64,000 nucleotides of DNA from an uncultured Gammaproteobacteria bacterium (lineage in GTDB: Bacteria > Pseudomonadota > Gammaproteobacteria > Steroidobacterales > Steroidobacteraceae), in the NCBI GenBank assembly GCA_963705405.1, contig CAVPJJ010000003.1:96760-160759 (forward strand), given 5' to 3'. Of this stretch, positions 37,935-48,177 are shown one piece after another. Both the position numbers and the translations under genes were made by a program. Positions within the stretch are counted from its first letter, which is position 1. The number at the start of each line of letters is the position of its first letter. Below the pieces are notes generated by a model, which did not search any database, had not been told where the DNA came from, and saw only the letters and a list, made by a program, of their open reading frames with translations.

Positions 37935-38468
37935 GTGACGCTCGATCCTGCCGTCTCCTGGCTCCTCGGGCTGGGGCTCGCACTGTTATTCGGCATCGCC
38001 GCAGGTCACAAGCTCGCGGACCGCGAACGGTTCCTGGGGGTGCTCGGGAACTACAGGCTGGTGCCGGAACGGCTGGTGCCATTGGCGGGAGCGGTCATCG
38101 TAGCCGCGGAAGTCGTGGCGGTCCTGCTGCTCGCGCTGCCCCCGGTTCGCACACTCGGCGCGTGTCTTTCGGTGGCGCTGCTCGCAGCCTATGCACTTGC
38201 GATCGCAGTCAATCTGCTGCGGGGGCGGACACGGATCGATTGTGGCTGCTTCGGCTTCGGTCGCCACGACTACATCGCGTGGACTATGGTGATCCGCAAT
38301 CTGGCCCTGGTCGCGCTGGCGCTGGCATTGCTTCTGCCGGAATCGCAGCGCGATCTGGTGGTACTCGATGGGCTGACGGTCGGTGCGAGCCTCGTGGCCA
38401 GCGCCGTGCTGGCGGCCACCTTCGTGCGCCTTGGCGCGCTGCCCGCAGAGCGCGGGGGTGCGCCATGA
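37935..38468 (+). CDS. mauE: MauE-type membrane protein (methylamine utilisation, DoxX-like).
   Basis: It has four TM helices and the conserved RIDCGCFG motif. It is positioned between the heavy-chain gene and mauD. Confidence 0.8.
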   Translation: MTLDPAVSWLLGLGLALLFGIAAGHKLADRERFLGVLGNYRLVPERLVPLAGAVIVAAEVVAVLLLALPPVRTLGACLSVALLAAYALAIAVNLLRGRTRIDCGCFGFGRHDYIAWTMVIRNLALVALALALLLPESQRDLVVLDGLTVGASLVASAVLAATFVRLGALPAERGGAP

Positions 38469-39076
38469 GTGCGGCTGGATGGATTGCCATAAGCGCGCTG
38501 TGGGCGGTCGTGATCGGTCTTGCAATCATGGTGTTCGCGCTGGCACGGCAAATCGGCGTGCTCCACGAGAGGCTCCAGCCGGTCGGCGCGCTGACGCTTG
38601 CCAAGGGCCTGAAAGCCGGGGATCCGGCACCACAGCTTGACGTCGCCACGATGGCCGGGGATACGCTCCACATCGGCGCCCCCGATCCACACGGCAAAGA
38701 CACGCTGGTGATGTTCGTTTCGCCCAGCTGTCCGGTATGCAAGTCGCTGCTGCCAGCACTGCGCTCGATTCATCGGCGTGAGAAGCCGAGGGTCGAGGTC
38801 ATTCTGGCGAGCGATGGACTGCCAGCCGAGCACGGCAGTTTCATTGCAGCCGAGTCATTGCAGGAATTCCCATACGTGCTTTCGGAGCGACTGGGGCTGG
38901 CGTTCGGCGCGGGCCGCCTGCCGCACGCGGTGCTGCTGGATGGTCGTGGGATCGTACGCGCCAGCGGGCTCGTCAATTCGCGCGAACACCTGGACAGCCT
39001 GTTCGAAGCGCGCAAACGTGGCGTGGCGTCGCTGCAGGAATTCCTCGAGCGGAGCGGGCGCCGCCACGTCGCCTGA
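38465..39076 (+). CDS. mauD: MauD-type membrane-anchored thioredoxin-like protein.
   Basis: The ATG at 38465 overlaps the mauE stop (ATGA). It has an N-terminal TM helix and the SPSCPVCK CxxC motif. Confidence 0.8.
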   Translation: MSAAGWIAISALWAVVIGLAIMVFALARQIGVLHERLQPVGALTLAKGLKAGDPAPQLDVATMAGDTLHIGAPDPHGKDTLVMFVSPSCPVCKSLLPALRSIHRREKPRVEVILASDGLPAEHGSFIAAESLQEFPYVLSERLGLAFGAGRLPHAVLLDGRGIVRASGLVNSREHLDSLFEARKRGVASLQEFLERSGRRHVA

Positions 39077-39103
39077 TGGCCATGGAATTAATGAGGGTGT
39101 CCC

Positions 39104-39607
39104 ATGCCGGATTATGACGACATGATCGAACGCATGACGCGGCGACTCGCGAAGACCGTGGCCCGGCGGAGCGTGCTGCGCACGCTCGGCAGCATCATGA
39201 TCGGCGCCGCCGCACTGCCGCTATTGCCGGTGGCGCGCGGGCAGTCCGCCGAGAAGGAATCCGGCGACCCAGCGTCCTGCGACTACTGGCGCTACTGCGC
39301 CATCGATGGTTTCCTGTGTGCTTGCTGCGGTGGCACGGTTAGCGCGTGTCCGCCCGGCACGGAGCCAGCGCCGATCACCTGGATCGGCACCTGCCGCAAC
39401 GCCGCAGACGGACTCGACTACATCGTTTCGTACAACGATTGCTGTGGCAAGAGTTCCTGCGGGCGCTGCCTGTGCAACCGCAACGAGGGCGACCGGCCGC
39501 TTTACATGGCGGGCAGGTCCAACGACTACAACTGGTGCGTGGGGAGCCAGGCCAGCCTGCCGTACCACTGCACCGTCTCGCGCGTCGTCGGCGTCGTCAC
39601 GAAGTGA
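39104..39607 (+). CDS. mauA: TTQ-dependent amine dehydrogenase light chain precursor.
   Basis: It has the Tat-type signal RRSVLRTLG and the Cys-rich core CDYWRYCAIDGFLCACCGG. Trp93 (ITWIGTC, 39380..39382) and Trp144 (YNWCVG, 39533..39535) are spaced 51 residues apart, like the two TTQ-forming Trp of known light chains. Confidence 0.9.
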   Translation: MPDYDDMIERMTRRLAKTVARRSVLRTLGSIMIGAAALPLLPVARGQSAEKESGDPASCDYWRYCAIDGFLCACCGGTVSACPPGTEPAPITWIGTCRNAADGLDYIVSYNDCCGKSSCGRCLCNRNEGDRPLYMAGRSNDYNWCVGSQASLPYHCTVSRVVGVVTK

Positions 39608-40044
39608 TGTGGCACCTGGTGGGCGCGAAGTCACTGCTCTGGTTGGTTCCGTTGTGCGGCCTGGCCGGATCCCCGGGAGCTGTCGCCGACGACAATCGCG
39701 CGCGGCAAAACTACATGATTCACTGCATGGGTTGCCACGGCGCGCAGGGCGAGGGATTCAAGGATCAAGTGCCGAGCATGCGCGGCGCACTCGTCCGGCT
39801 TGCAACCTTGCCGGACGGGCGCTCATTTTTGCTGCGTGTGCCGGGTGTTTCCATGTCCAGTCTCGATGCGGAACTGACGGCCGAAGTGCTCAACTGGACG
39901 CTGCGCGAATTCAGCGCGGCCGAGGCCCTGCGCTCGATTCCTCCATTCACAGCCGATGAGGTGACCGAGGCGCGATCCCGACCCTTGCTCGAGGTCTCGT
40001 CGACGCGCGCCCAGGTACTGCGCGGCGAGGGGCTCCACCAGTAG
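39607..40044 (+). CDS. Monohaem c-type cytochrome, a probable electron acceptor of the amine dehydrogenase.
   Basis: The ATG at 39607 overlaps the mauA stop by 1 nt. It has a signal peptide and a single CMGCH haem motif. It is about 145 aa. Confidence 0.7.
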   Translation: MWHLVGAKSLLWLVPLCGLAGSPGAVADDNRARQNYMIHCMGCHGAQGEGFKDQVPSMRGALVRLATLPDGRSFLLRVPGVSMSSLDAELTAEVLNWTLREFSAAEALRSIPPFTADEVTEARSRPLLEVSSTRAQVLRGEGLHQ

Positions 40045-40079
40045 TCGGGTGACCGCGGGCCGGAATCCGCCGGCTCCTG

Positions 40080-41243
40080 TCATCGTTGGGGCAGACTCGT
40101 GCTGAGCAGCATGTGCCCGTGGCGTGCAAGATAGACGAGGAAGGCGGCCGACCAGAGCAACACCGAGCCGACGAGCGTCCACTCACCCAGATCGGTCACC
40201 GAAAACGCTAGCCGCAGCAGTGAAGCCGTGAACGCCATCAGGAAGGCGACTTGCATCACAGCCGTGGCCTTCAGGGGGCGACCGGTGTGGCGCAACGCAA
40301 CGCGTGTCATCAGGCCGATTTTCAGCATGCCGTAGGCACCGAGCGTGAACGCGTGGATCCACGCGTCACGTGGCACGCCCAGGCTGAATTCGGCAAGCGC
40401 GCGCAGCACGAGCGCGGCGATCAGCCACGCATAGCCGAGATGGATGCACCACAGCAGCGGTTCGCTGACCGTCCGCCAGCCTCGCCAGCGCGCGAATCTC
40501 CAGCCATGCACGATAGCGGCTGTGAGCGCCGCGGCCGCGGTCCAGCCCGGCGGCGCGCCGAGCAGGTCGGCGCAGGCGAAGGCGACCATGGCGAGCGCCG
40601 TCGCGTACTCGAGTTGCGGGAGCATCGAGGCCGCGTGCTCGCCGCGCGCATGCAGCCACCGGCGCGTGAATGCCGCGATGAACAGGCCCCCGTAAAGGGT
40701 GAACAGAAATGCCAGCGCGTGGACCCCGAGTATCAGTGCCCAGCGCGCATCGGGCTCCGAGCCTCGTGCCTGTGCAAAATGAAATGCAATATTTGCGCCG
40801 GCCAGCGCGACCAGCGGCGGCAGCGTCCACCAGAACAGGCGCCGACGCGCCGAGGCGATGGTCCAGAACAACATTGCGCACAGCATCGGCAACAGCGCGC
40901 AATCGATGATCGCGACCAGCGGCCGCGCGATCCACCCCGCCCCCAGCAGCGCCATGCGGCCCGCCAGCCAGAGTACCGCGAGCGCGACGAGCGGCCGGCC
41001 GCGCAACTCGGCTGCGCCGGACCAGCTTGGCAGTGCGGTGAGCAGGACACCGCACACCAGGGCGGTCGCGAAGCCGAACAGCATTTCGTGTGCATGCAGC
41101 AACGGCAGCTCAATCCCTGCACCCGGCGCGTCCCACCATCCTGCCCGTGCCCCGAACCACAGTACGAGCAGCAGCGGGCCATAGGCAGCGGCGCCGAGAA
41201 AAAACGGCCGGAAGCCGCTTGACCAGAGCGCGCGGCCGCTCAA
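40080..41243 (-). CDS. nnrS: NnrS family haem/copper membrane protein.
   Basis: It contains [44 protein letters not shown], and about 12 TM helices. The TTG start at 41243 overlaps the CoA-transferase stop (TTGA). The longer track ORF (to 41660) would run inside the upstream gene. Confidence 0.75.
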   Translation of the reverse strand: MSGRALWSSGFRPFFLGAAAYGPLLLVLWFGARAGWWDAPGAGIELPLLHAHEMLFGFATALVCGVLLTALPSWSGAAELRGRPLVALAVLWLAGRMALLGAGWIARPLVAIIDCALLPMLCAMLFWTIASARRRLFWWTLPPLVALAGANIAFHFAQARGSEPDARWALILGVHALAFLFTLYGGLFIAAFTRRWLHARGEHAASMLPQLEYATALAMVAFACADLLGAPPGWTAAAALTAAIVHGWRFARWRGWRTVSEPLLWCIHLGYAWLIAALVLRALAEFSLGVPRDAWIHAFTLGAYGMLKIGLMTRVALRHTGRPLKATAVMQVAFLMAFTASLLRLAFSVTDLGEWTLVGSVLLWSAAFLVYLARHGHMLLSTSLPQR

Positions 41244-42433
41244 TCCGGAATCGCCCCGGCCGCCGCCAGCGCGCGGCACTCGTCCTCGGAAAAGCCCGCC
41301 TCGCGCAGCACCGGGCGTGTCTGCTCGCCCCATTTCGGCGGAAACCGGAATTCGCGCGCCGCGCCCGGCAGGTCGACCGCCATCGGCTGCATGCGCACAG
41401 GCTTGCCGTCCGGCATCACGGTAGTGGTGAGGCGCCCGCGCAGCGCTTCCAGCTCGCGCACCGCGGCAATGCCGTTGATCCGCGCATGCGGGATTGTCGC
41501 GGTTCGCAGATCCGCAATCAGCTCCTCGGCGCTCGCCTTTGCCGTCAGCGCGGCGATGTCGCGCTGCAGCTTGCTGCGGTCGCGGATCCGGCCCTCGTTG
41601 GTCAGACGCTCGTCGCTTGCAAGCGAGGCGAAGCGTGTCATCGTGGTAAGTCGCCGCCATTGCCCGTCGCTGCCGATCGCCATGTAAAGGAAACCGTCGC
41701 GCGCCGGAAAGACGTTGGTCGGTACGAATTTGCGGTGCTCGTTGCCGGCGCGCGCGACTTCCCAGGGCTCGCAGCCGAAATCCAGCAGCGGCAACGTGGT
41801 GATCAGCCAGGAAGCCGCCGCCTGCAGCATGGAGACGTGGATCTCGGTGCCGCGGCCGGACTCGGCGCGCTCGGCGAGCGCGAGCATCACGTTCGCGTAC
41901 ACTTCGTCACCCGCCTTCAGGTCGATCACCGGCACGCCACACAGCACCGGGGTGCCGTTCGGATCGCCGGTCAGCTCGACGTAACCGGCCATCGCCTGGA
42001 TCACCGGGTCGTAGCCCGGCACCTCCGGGTATTCGGGCCCGAGCGCCGAGATGCCGGCCCAGATCAGGTCCGGCTTCACCGCCGCGAGCGTCGCGTAGTC
42101 GATGCCGAGTGGTTGGTAACGTCCCGGTGCGGTGTTGCAACAGAACACATCCACATTCAGCCCGCGCACCAGGCGCTTGAGCGCCGTGCGCCCCTCGGCG
42201 CTCTTCAGGTTCAGCGCAATCGCCTCCTTGCCGACGTTGGGCGCGATGAAATAGCTGCGCCGGTCGTCGTCCGCGACGCGCGAGCCAATGTAGCGATTTG
42301 GGTCGCCTGGCAGGCCCCTGTCGGAATCCAGGGCCTCGATGCGGATTACGCGCCAGCCGAGCTGCACGAAGCGCAGCGTCGCATAGGGCATGGAAAGCGC
42401 CTGCTCGAGGCTGAGTACCGTGCGCCGCTTCAC
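41240..42433 (-). CDS. Family III CoA-transferase (CaiB/BaiF family).
   Basis: The GTG at 42433 overlaps the large-subunit stop (GTGA). [56 protein letters not shown] is typical of the family. It is 397 aa. Confidence 0.85.
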   Translation of the reverse strand: MKRRTVLSLEQALSMPYATLRFVQLGWRVIRIEALDSDRGLPGDPNRYIGSRVADDDRRSYFIAPNVGKEAIALNLKSAEGRTALKRLVRGLNVDVFCCNTAPGRYQPLGIDYATLAAVKPDLIWAGISALGPEYPEVPGYDPVIQAMAGYVELTGDPNGTPVLCGVPVIDLKAGDEVYANVMLALAERAESGRGTEIHVSMLQAAASWLITTLPLLDFGCEPWEVARAGNEHRKFVPTNVFPARDGFLYMAIGSDGQWRRLTTMTRFASLASDERLTNEGRIRDRSKLQRDIAALTAKASAEELIADLRTATIPHARINGIAAVRELEALRGRLTTTVMPDGKPVRMQPMAVDLPGAAREFRFPPKWGEQTRPVLREAGFSEDECRALAAAGAIPD

Positions 42434-44832
42434 GCCGCGTCGTTCCAGACGGGCGGCTGCGCCGCGCCGTGCAGCGCGCGGTACACGTTCTCCGGCGTGA
42501 ATGGCAGTGCGGTAATGCGCACGCCGGTGGCGTTGCAGATCGCGTTTGCCACCGCCGCAGCGATGCAGATTGCCGGCGCTTCGCCCACGCCCTTGGCGCC
42601 CTGCGGTCCTTCCCCGTCCATGGTTTCGATGAAACTGACGTCCATTTCCGGGATTTCGGGCGCAGTGACCAGCTTGTAGTCGCGGAAATTCGGGTTGCGC
42701 ACCACGCCGTTCTCGACCATCAGGTTTTCGGTGAGCGCGTAGCCCTGACCCATGACGATGCCGCCCTCGATCTGGCCCTCGATGCCCAGCCGATTGAGCA
42801 CGCGTCCGACGTCGTGCGCGCCGGTCACCTTGAGCAGGCGCACGATGCCGGTCTGGGTATCCACCTCGACCTCGCAGACCTGTGTCGCCCACGCATAGGC
42901 CGCCGAGACGTCGCCCTTGAACAGCTTGTCCTGGTGGTGGCTCGGCGGCTCGTAGTAGAAAGTGGTCATCACGAGCTCGGCGCGATCGGAGAAATGCAGC
43001 CCGCGCAGGAACTTGCCGAGCTCGAAAAGCTTCTCGCCGCCGTCCCTGCACACGATATGGCCGCCGCGGAGCTCGAGCGTGTCTTCGGCATGACCTGTCT
43101 TCGCCGCGGCCGCGCCGAGGATCTTCGCCCTGGCCTTGCGCGCGGCGCCGATCGCCGAGTTGCCGGCGATGAAGGTGGTGCGCGAGGCATGCACGCCCAC
43201 GTCCCAGGGCGTGATATCGGTGTCGTTGTTGACCACCGTAACGGCCGAGAGTGGCAGGCCCAGCTCTTCGCAGACCAGTTGCGCAAGCACCGTTTCCGAG
43301 CCTTGTCCGATTTCCGAGGCGCCGGTGATCAGCGTGAGGTGTGCGAAATCGTCGATCTTGAGGATCGTGCCGCAGCCGTCCGACGGATAGATCTTGGCGC
43401 CGCCGCCGACGTGGAGCATCGAAGCAATGCCGATGCCGCGCTTGATCGGATCCGGATCGTTCCAGCGCGCGCGGTTCTCCGCCTGCTTGCGCAGGTAATC
43501 GCTGCGCGCGGCCGCAGTGCGCAGGCATTCCTTGAAGCCGCAGCTCTTGAAGTGCATGCCCTGCGGCGTGACCTCGCCCGGGTCCTGCGCGTTCTTCAGC
43601 CGGAAGGCGAGCCCGTCCATGCCGACCGCTTCGGCCAGCTTGTCCATGTGCGCTTCCACCGCGAAGGTCGCCTGCAGGTTGCCGTAGCCGCGGAACGAGC
43701 CGGCATACGGGTTGTTGGTGTAGATGGCCTTCGTGTAGTACTTGCAGTGCGGCACGCGGTAGAGCGACGAGATCGTCTGCATCATGACGAACGGCGTGGT
43801 TGCGCCCCAGGAGGTGTAGGCACCGTTGTCGTGCACCGTCTCGACCGTGCGGAAGGTCAGCGCGCCGTCCTTGCGGCATCCCGAGCGCAGCTTCAGGAGC
43901 ACCGGCTGGCGCGTGGGCGAGGCGATGAATTCCTCTTCGCGCGTGAACACCAGCTTCACCGGGCGCCGGGTGATCCTGGCGAGGAAGATGGCGATCGGCT
44001 CGAACGGGTAGATGTCGAGCTTGGAGCCGAAGCCGCCGCCGATCGGCGGCTGGATGATGCGGATGCGCCCTGGATCGATGCCGAGGAGTTCCGCGAACTC
44101 CCGCTTGTGCAGGAACGGCACCTGGGTATTCGAATGGAGCAGCAGGTTACCGCCGGGGTCGAACTCCGCGATCACCCCGGAGACGCCCATGCAGCAGTGG
44201 GTCACGTAGTGCAGCCGGAAGACGTCCTCAACGACGAAGTCGGACTCCGCTTCGCCCTGCACCACGTCGCCCTGCGCGTATTCGAAGGTCATGGCGATGT
44301 TGTCGGGCTTGCCGGCAAAGGCAACTGACGCTCCGGACGTCTTGAGCTGCGGGCCCTCACCGGTGCCGCGCGGCTCGGGGTGAATGAGCGGCGCGCCCGG
44401 CGCGAGCGCCTGCTCAGGCGTGATAACCACCGGCAGCGGATCGTACTCGACACGGATCAGCTTCAGCGCCGCCTCGGCGATCGCCTCGCTGTCGGCGGCG
44501 ACTGCCGCGATCTCGTCGCGCAGGCTGCGCACGCGGTCGGTCTTCAGCGGCAGGTGGTCCTTGGCGACGCCGATCGGCCGCTGCCACGGCACGTCTGCCG
44601 CCGTGATCACTGCGTGCACGCCGGGCAGCGCGCGCGCCGCGCTGGTATCTATGGAGACGATGCGCGCGTGCACCTGCGTCGAGCGCAGTATCTTTGCGTG
44701 CAGCGCGCCCGGCACCTCGAGGTCCTGGATGTAGCGCGTCTTGCCGCTCGCCTTGTCGGGCGCGTCCAGCTTCGGAATGCGCTTGCCGATCAGCGTGTCT
44801 TTCACGATGGGCACCTCAGCGGCTCCCATGTT
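42430..44832 (-). CDS. Xanthine dehydrogenase family molybdopterin-binding large subunit (substrate unknown).
   Basis: It starts [37 protein letters not shown]. It contains ..[15 protein letters not shown].. and ..[21 protein letters not shown]. It is 800 aa and intact. Confidence 0.85.
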   Translation of the reverse strand, partial: NMGAAEVPIVKDTLIGKRIPKLDAPDKASGKTRYIQDLEVPGALHAKILRSTQVHARIVSIDTSAARALPGVHAVITAADVPWQRPIGVAKDHLPLKTDRVRSLRDEIAAVAADSEAIAEAALKLIRVEYDPLPVVITPEQALAPGAPLIHPEPRGTGEGPQLKTSGASVAFAGKPDNIAMTFEYAQGDVVQGEAESDFVVEDVFRLHYVTHCCMGVSGVIAEFDPGGNLLLHSNTQVPFLHKREFAELLGIDPGRIRIIQPPIGGGFGSKLDIYPFEPIAIFLARITRRPVKLVFTREEEFIASPTRQPVLLKLRSGCRKDGALTFRTVETVHDNGAYTSWGATTPFVMMQTISSLYRVPHCKYYTKAIYTNNPYAGSFRGYGNLQATFAVEAHMDKLAEAVGMDGLAFRLKNAQDPGEVTPQGMHFKSCGFKECLRTAAARSDYLRKQAENRARWNDPDPIKRGIGIASMLHVGGGAKIYPSDGCGTILKIDDFAHLTLITGASEIGQGSETVLAQLVCEELGLPLSAVTVVNNDTDITPWDVGVHASRTTFIAGNSAIGAARKARAKILGAAAAKTGHAEDTLELRGGHIVCRDGGEKLFELGKFLRGLHFSDRAELVMTTFYYEPPSHHQDKLFKGDVSAAYAWATQVCEVEVDTQTGIVRLLKVTGAHDVGRVLNRLGIEGQIEGGIVMGQGYALTENLMVENGVVRNPNFRDYKLVTAPEIPEMDVSFIETMDGEGPQGAKGVGEAPAICIAAAVANAICNATGVRITALPFTPENVYRALHGAAQPPVWNDAA

Positions 44833-45314
44833 CGGCTCCCTGCGTCGCGGCATCTGCCGCTGCCGCAATCGCCTCGATGATCTTGCGGTACCCGGTGCAG
44901 CGGCACAGATTGCCCTCGATGCCGCGCCGGATCGCCGCCTCGTCCCTGGCGTGATCGCGCTCGATCAGGTGGCTCGCCTGCACCACCAGACCTGGCGTGC
45001 AGAATCCGCACTGCACCGCACCGCTGGCGACGAAGGCATCGCGCAGGCGCTCGCCCGCCGCGTCTTGCCGCCACGCCCTCGATGGTCACCAGCTCGCGAC
45101 CGTCGCAGTCGGCCGCGAACATGAGGCAGGAATTCACCGTCGCGCCGTCCACGAGGATCGTGCAGGCGCCGCACTCGCCCTCGCCGCAGCCGTACTTGGT
45201 GCCGGTGAGCCCGAGCTGCTCGCGCAGCATCTCGAGCGCGCTCATGTCGGCGGGCACGGTCAGTTCCCTCTTCACCCCGTTCAGGGTGAATGCGATGTCA
45301 CATTTGGCGGACAT
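44816..45314 (-). pseudogene. Xanthine dehydrogenase family [2Fe-2S] small subunit. As written, there is one frame break near 45065.
   Basis: MSAKCDIAFTLNGVKRELTV..CGEGECGACTILVDG..TIEGVA continues in ORF 44816..45016 (VQCGFCTPGLVVQASHL..NLCRCTGYRKIIEAI). Confidence 0.8.
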
Positions 45315-46165
45315 GCGTCAGCACTCTCTTCAGCATGTTGTGGATGAGTTCGCACCGATACCAGTCGCTGGCGCGCACGTCCGAAATCGGATGCACTTCC
45401 TCGAGCGCGGTTCGTGCCGCAGCTTCCAGCGTCGCCGCATCGGAGGGGTCGTCCTTCGAGCGCCGCTTCGGTGCGCGGCGCGCGCACCGGCGTCGGCGCC
45501 ACTGCTCCGAATGCGAGCCGCACATCGCGCAGCACCGCGCCGTCGCGGCGCGCGCCAAGCGCGATCGAGATCGCCGCGATGTCCAGCCCCGGCCGGGTGC
45601 CATGCTTGTAGAACTCGCCCGCGAATCCCACCGGTGGCAGTGGTACCTCGACAGCCGTGAGCAGCTCCGTGGGCGCCCGGCAGCTGCGCCCTGGGCCGAG
45701 GAAGAATTCGGTGAGCGGCACGCGGCGCAGTTGCAGGACGCCATTCGGCTTTGCCACGAGCACGGCGCAGGCATTCAATGCGAGCAGCGGCACCAGAGTG
45801 TCTCCCGCGGGCGAGGCGTTGCAAATATTGCCGCCGATGGTCGCGGCGTTGCGGATCTGGTCGCTCGCAAAGTGGTCGCAGGCCTGCCAGAGCAGGTTGA
45901 GCCGCTCGCGCACCAGTGCGCTTTCCAGCAGCTCGGTGATCGTGACTAGTGCGCCGATGCGCACCACGGCGCCCTGGTCGGCGATGCCCGACAGTTCGGG
46001 CACGCGCCGCACGTTCATCAGCACTGGCTGGAACTGCAGCCGCCCGGCGTGCGTCTGCGGCATGAGATCGGTGCCGCCTGCCAGCACGGTGACATTGCCG
46101 GCGCGCAGGATGCCGGCCGCTTCCTCGAGCGTGGTCGGCGCCACATAGCGTTCAATGCCTGCCAT
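45298..46165 (-). pseudogene. Xanthine dehydrogenase family FAD-binding medium subunit. As written, there is one frame break near 45445. It has no Fe-S insertion.
   Basis: It contains MAGIERYVAPTTLEEAAGILRAGNVTVLAGGTDLMPQ and RNAATIGGNICNASPAGD. The C-terminus continues in the frame of ORF 45298..45774 (SDAATLEAAARTALEEVHPISDVRASDWYRCELIHNMLKRVL). Confidence 0.8.
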
Positions 46166-47782
46166 TCAGAGCCCCACGGGTTCGCGAAATCGGCCGAACA
46201 CGCCCACCAGCACGCTGGTGATCTCGCCGACGCTGGCATAGGCCTTGATCGCCTCGATGATGGCGGGCATCAGGTTCGCACCCGAGCGCGCATCGGTCTG
46301 CACGCGCCCGAGCGCCTCCTGCACGCGCGCCGCGTCGCGCTCGGCACGCACGCGATTGAGCGACTGGACTTGTGCGCGGGCATCCTGCTCGCTGTAGGGA
46401 TGGAATTCCATCTCGGGCACCTTCTCGTCGGTCCGGTAGCAGTTTACGCCCAGCTTGCGAAAGGTCCCGCTCTCGATCTCGCGTTGGTGCCGGTAGGCCT
46501 GCATCGAAACCTTGGCCTGGATGGCGCCCTCGGTCACGAGCTTGACGATGCCACCCTGCGCGTCCACCTCGGCCATGATGGCCTGCATGCGCTCGCGCAT
46601 CTGGTTGGTGAGCGTCTCGACGTAGTACGAACCGCCGAGCGGGTCGACGGTGTCGGTCAGGCCCATTTCCTCGATCAGGAGCTGCATCGTGCGCAGCGAG
46701 ATGCGCTGCGCGTATTCCGAGGGAATGGTGTAGGCCTCGTCGTAGCAGCACAGGGCCATCGTCTGCGCGCCGGAGAGCGCGCAGATCAGCGCGTAATAGG
46801 CACCACGCACGATGTTGAGTTCGGGCTGCTCGAAGGTAAGCCCGCCGCCGCCGCCGCCCGCGAGCATGCGCATCCACATGGATCCCGGCCTGGTCGCGCC
46901 GTATTGCTCCTTCATGATCCTTGCCCAGAGGCTGCGCCCGGCGCGGAATTTCGCGACCTGCTCGAACAGGTTGCCGAAGCAGTTGAAGTTGAACGACAGC
47001 CGTCCGGCGAATTCGTCCACCGGCAGGCCGCGGCGAATCACCTCGTCGGCGTAGGCCCTGGCGATGCAGAAGGCATACGCCATCTCCTGCGCCGGGTCGG
47101 CGCCGGACTCGCGGATGTGATAGCCGCACACCGACACCGGGCTGTATTTCGGCGCGTGCTTCGCGCAGTACTCGATGGTGTCGCCGACCAGCCGGATCGA
47201 AGGTTCCGCCGGGTACACCCAGGTGCCGCGGCCGATGAATTCCTTCAGGATGTCGTTCTGCGCCGTGCCGCGCAGCTTGGTGATGTCGTAGCCGCGCTTC
47301 TCGGCCATCGCCAGGTACATGGCGATCAGAATCGCCGCCGCGCCGTTGATGGTGAGCGAGACGGTGATGCGCTCGAGGTCCACGCCCTCGAAGGCGATCT
47401 CGAAGTCGCGCAGCGTGTCCACGGCCATGCCGACGCGCCCGACTTCGCCCTCGGCCTGCGGGTCGTCGGAATCCATGCCGCACTGCGTCGGCAGGTCGAA
47501 AGCGACATTGAGTCCGGTCTGGCCGTTGGCGATCAGGTAATGGAACCGCTTGTTGGTGTCCGCCGCATTGCCGAAGCCGGTGTACTGGCGCATGGTCCAG
47601 GGCTGCTTGCGGTACATCAGCGGATGGATGCCGCGCGTGAATGGGTACTGCCCCGGCAGCCCGAGCATGCCGTCGCCGCCGCTGGCCTCGACATCGGCCG
47701 CGGTGTAGAGCGGCTTGATCTCGATCCCCGATTCATTGATCACTGGGCGTGTTTCCATTGCCGGCGGGTCCTCTGGTTTCAT
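46166..47782 (-). CDS. Methylmalonyl-CoA mutase family, large substrate-binding subunit (no B12 domain).
   Basis: It contains PGQYPFTRGIHPLMYRKQPWTMRQYTGFG and TAQNDILKEFIGRGTWVYP, giving the Tyr/Arg pattern of the MCM-type active site. It is 538 aa, starting at the ATG at 47782. Confidence 0.85.
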   Translation of the reverse strand: MKPEDPPAMETRPVINESGIEIKPLYTAADVEASGGDGMLGLPGQYPFTRGIHPLMYRKQPWTMRQYTGFGNAADTNKRFHYLIANGQTGLNVAFDLPTQCGMDSDDPQAEGEVGRVGMAVDTLRDFEIAFEGVDLERITVSLTINGAAAILIAMYLAMAEKRGYDITKLRGTAQNDILKEFIGRGTWVYPAEPSIRLVGDTIEYCAKHAPKYSPVSVCGYHIRESGADPAQEMAYAFCIARAYADEVIRRGLPVDEFAGRLSFNFNCFGNLFEQVAKFRAGRSLWARIMKEQYGATRPGSMWMRMLAGGGGGGLTFEQPELNIVRGAYYALICALSGAQTMALCCYDEAYTIPSEYAQRISLRTMQLLIEEMGLTDTVDPLGGSYYVETLTNQMRERMQAIMAEVDAQGGIVKLVTEGAIQAKVSMQAYRHQREIESGTFRKLGVNCYRTDEKVPEMEFHPYSEQDARAQVQSLNRVRAERDAARVQEALGRVQTDARSGANLMPAIIEAIKAYASVGEITSVLVGVFGRFREPVGL

Positions 47783-48177
47783 GGCGCGTGCGCCCGGATG
47801 AAGGCGACGATGTCGTCGAGCCGCGAACTGGACTGGAATACCCCCTTGAAGCCGAGCGCCCGCAGGGCGTCGTGATCCTGCGCGGGCAGGTTGCCGCCGA
47901 TGATCCACAGCTTGCCGCCCAGGCCCGCCTGCTCGAGCAGCGGTTTCAGCTTGCGGCAGATCGGCAGGTGCGAGCCGGCCATGGAGGAGAGCGCGATCAC
48001 GTCCGCGTCCGTGTCGAGCGCGATGCGCACGATCGCCTCGGGTGTCTGGCGCAGCCCCGTGTAGGTCACCTCGAAGCCAGCGTCCGTCAGGGCCCGGGCC
48101 ACCACCTTCGCCCCCTGGTCGTGGCCGTCGAGCCCCGGCTTGGCGAGCACCACTCTGATGCGCTTGGTCGCAGTCAT
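47779..48177 (-). CDS. Methylmalonyl-CoA mutase family, small cobalamin-binding subunit.
   Basis: MTATKRIRVVLAKPGLDGHDQGAKVV contains the DxHxxG B12-binding motif. ATGA overlaps occur on both sides. Confidence 0.85.
   Translation of the reverse strand: MTATKRIRVVLAKPGLDGHDQGAKVVARALTDAGFEVTYTGLRQTPEAIVRIALDTDADVIALSSMAGSHLPICRKLKPLLEQAGLGGKLWIIGGNLPAQDHDALRALGFKGVFQSSSRLDDIVAFIRAHAP

Noticed and set aside
39607-40044. The cytochrome c downstream of mauA as MauG.
   Set aside because: It has only about 145 aa and a single CxxCH motif. MauG is a dihaem, peroxidase-like protein more than twice this size.
41244-41660. The long N-terminal extension of the nnrS track ORF (526 aa).
   Set aside because: The extension runs inside the 3' end of the CoA-transferase gene and is Arg/Gly/Ala-rich. 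NnrS family proteins begin near the [11 protein letters not shown] motif, which the TTG at 41243 provides.
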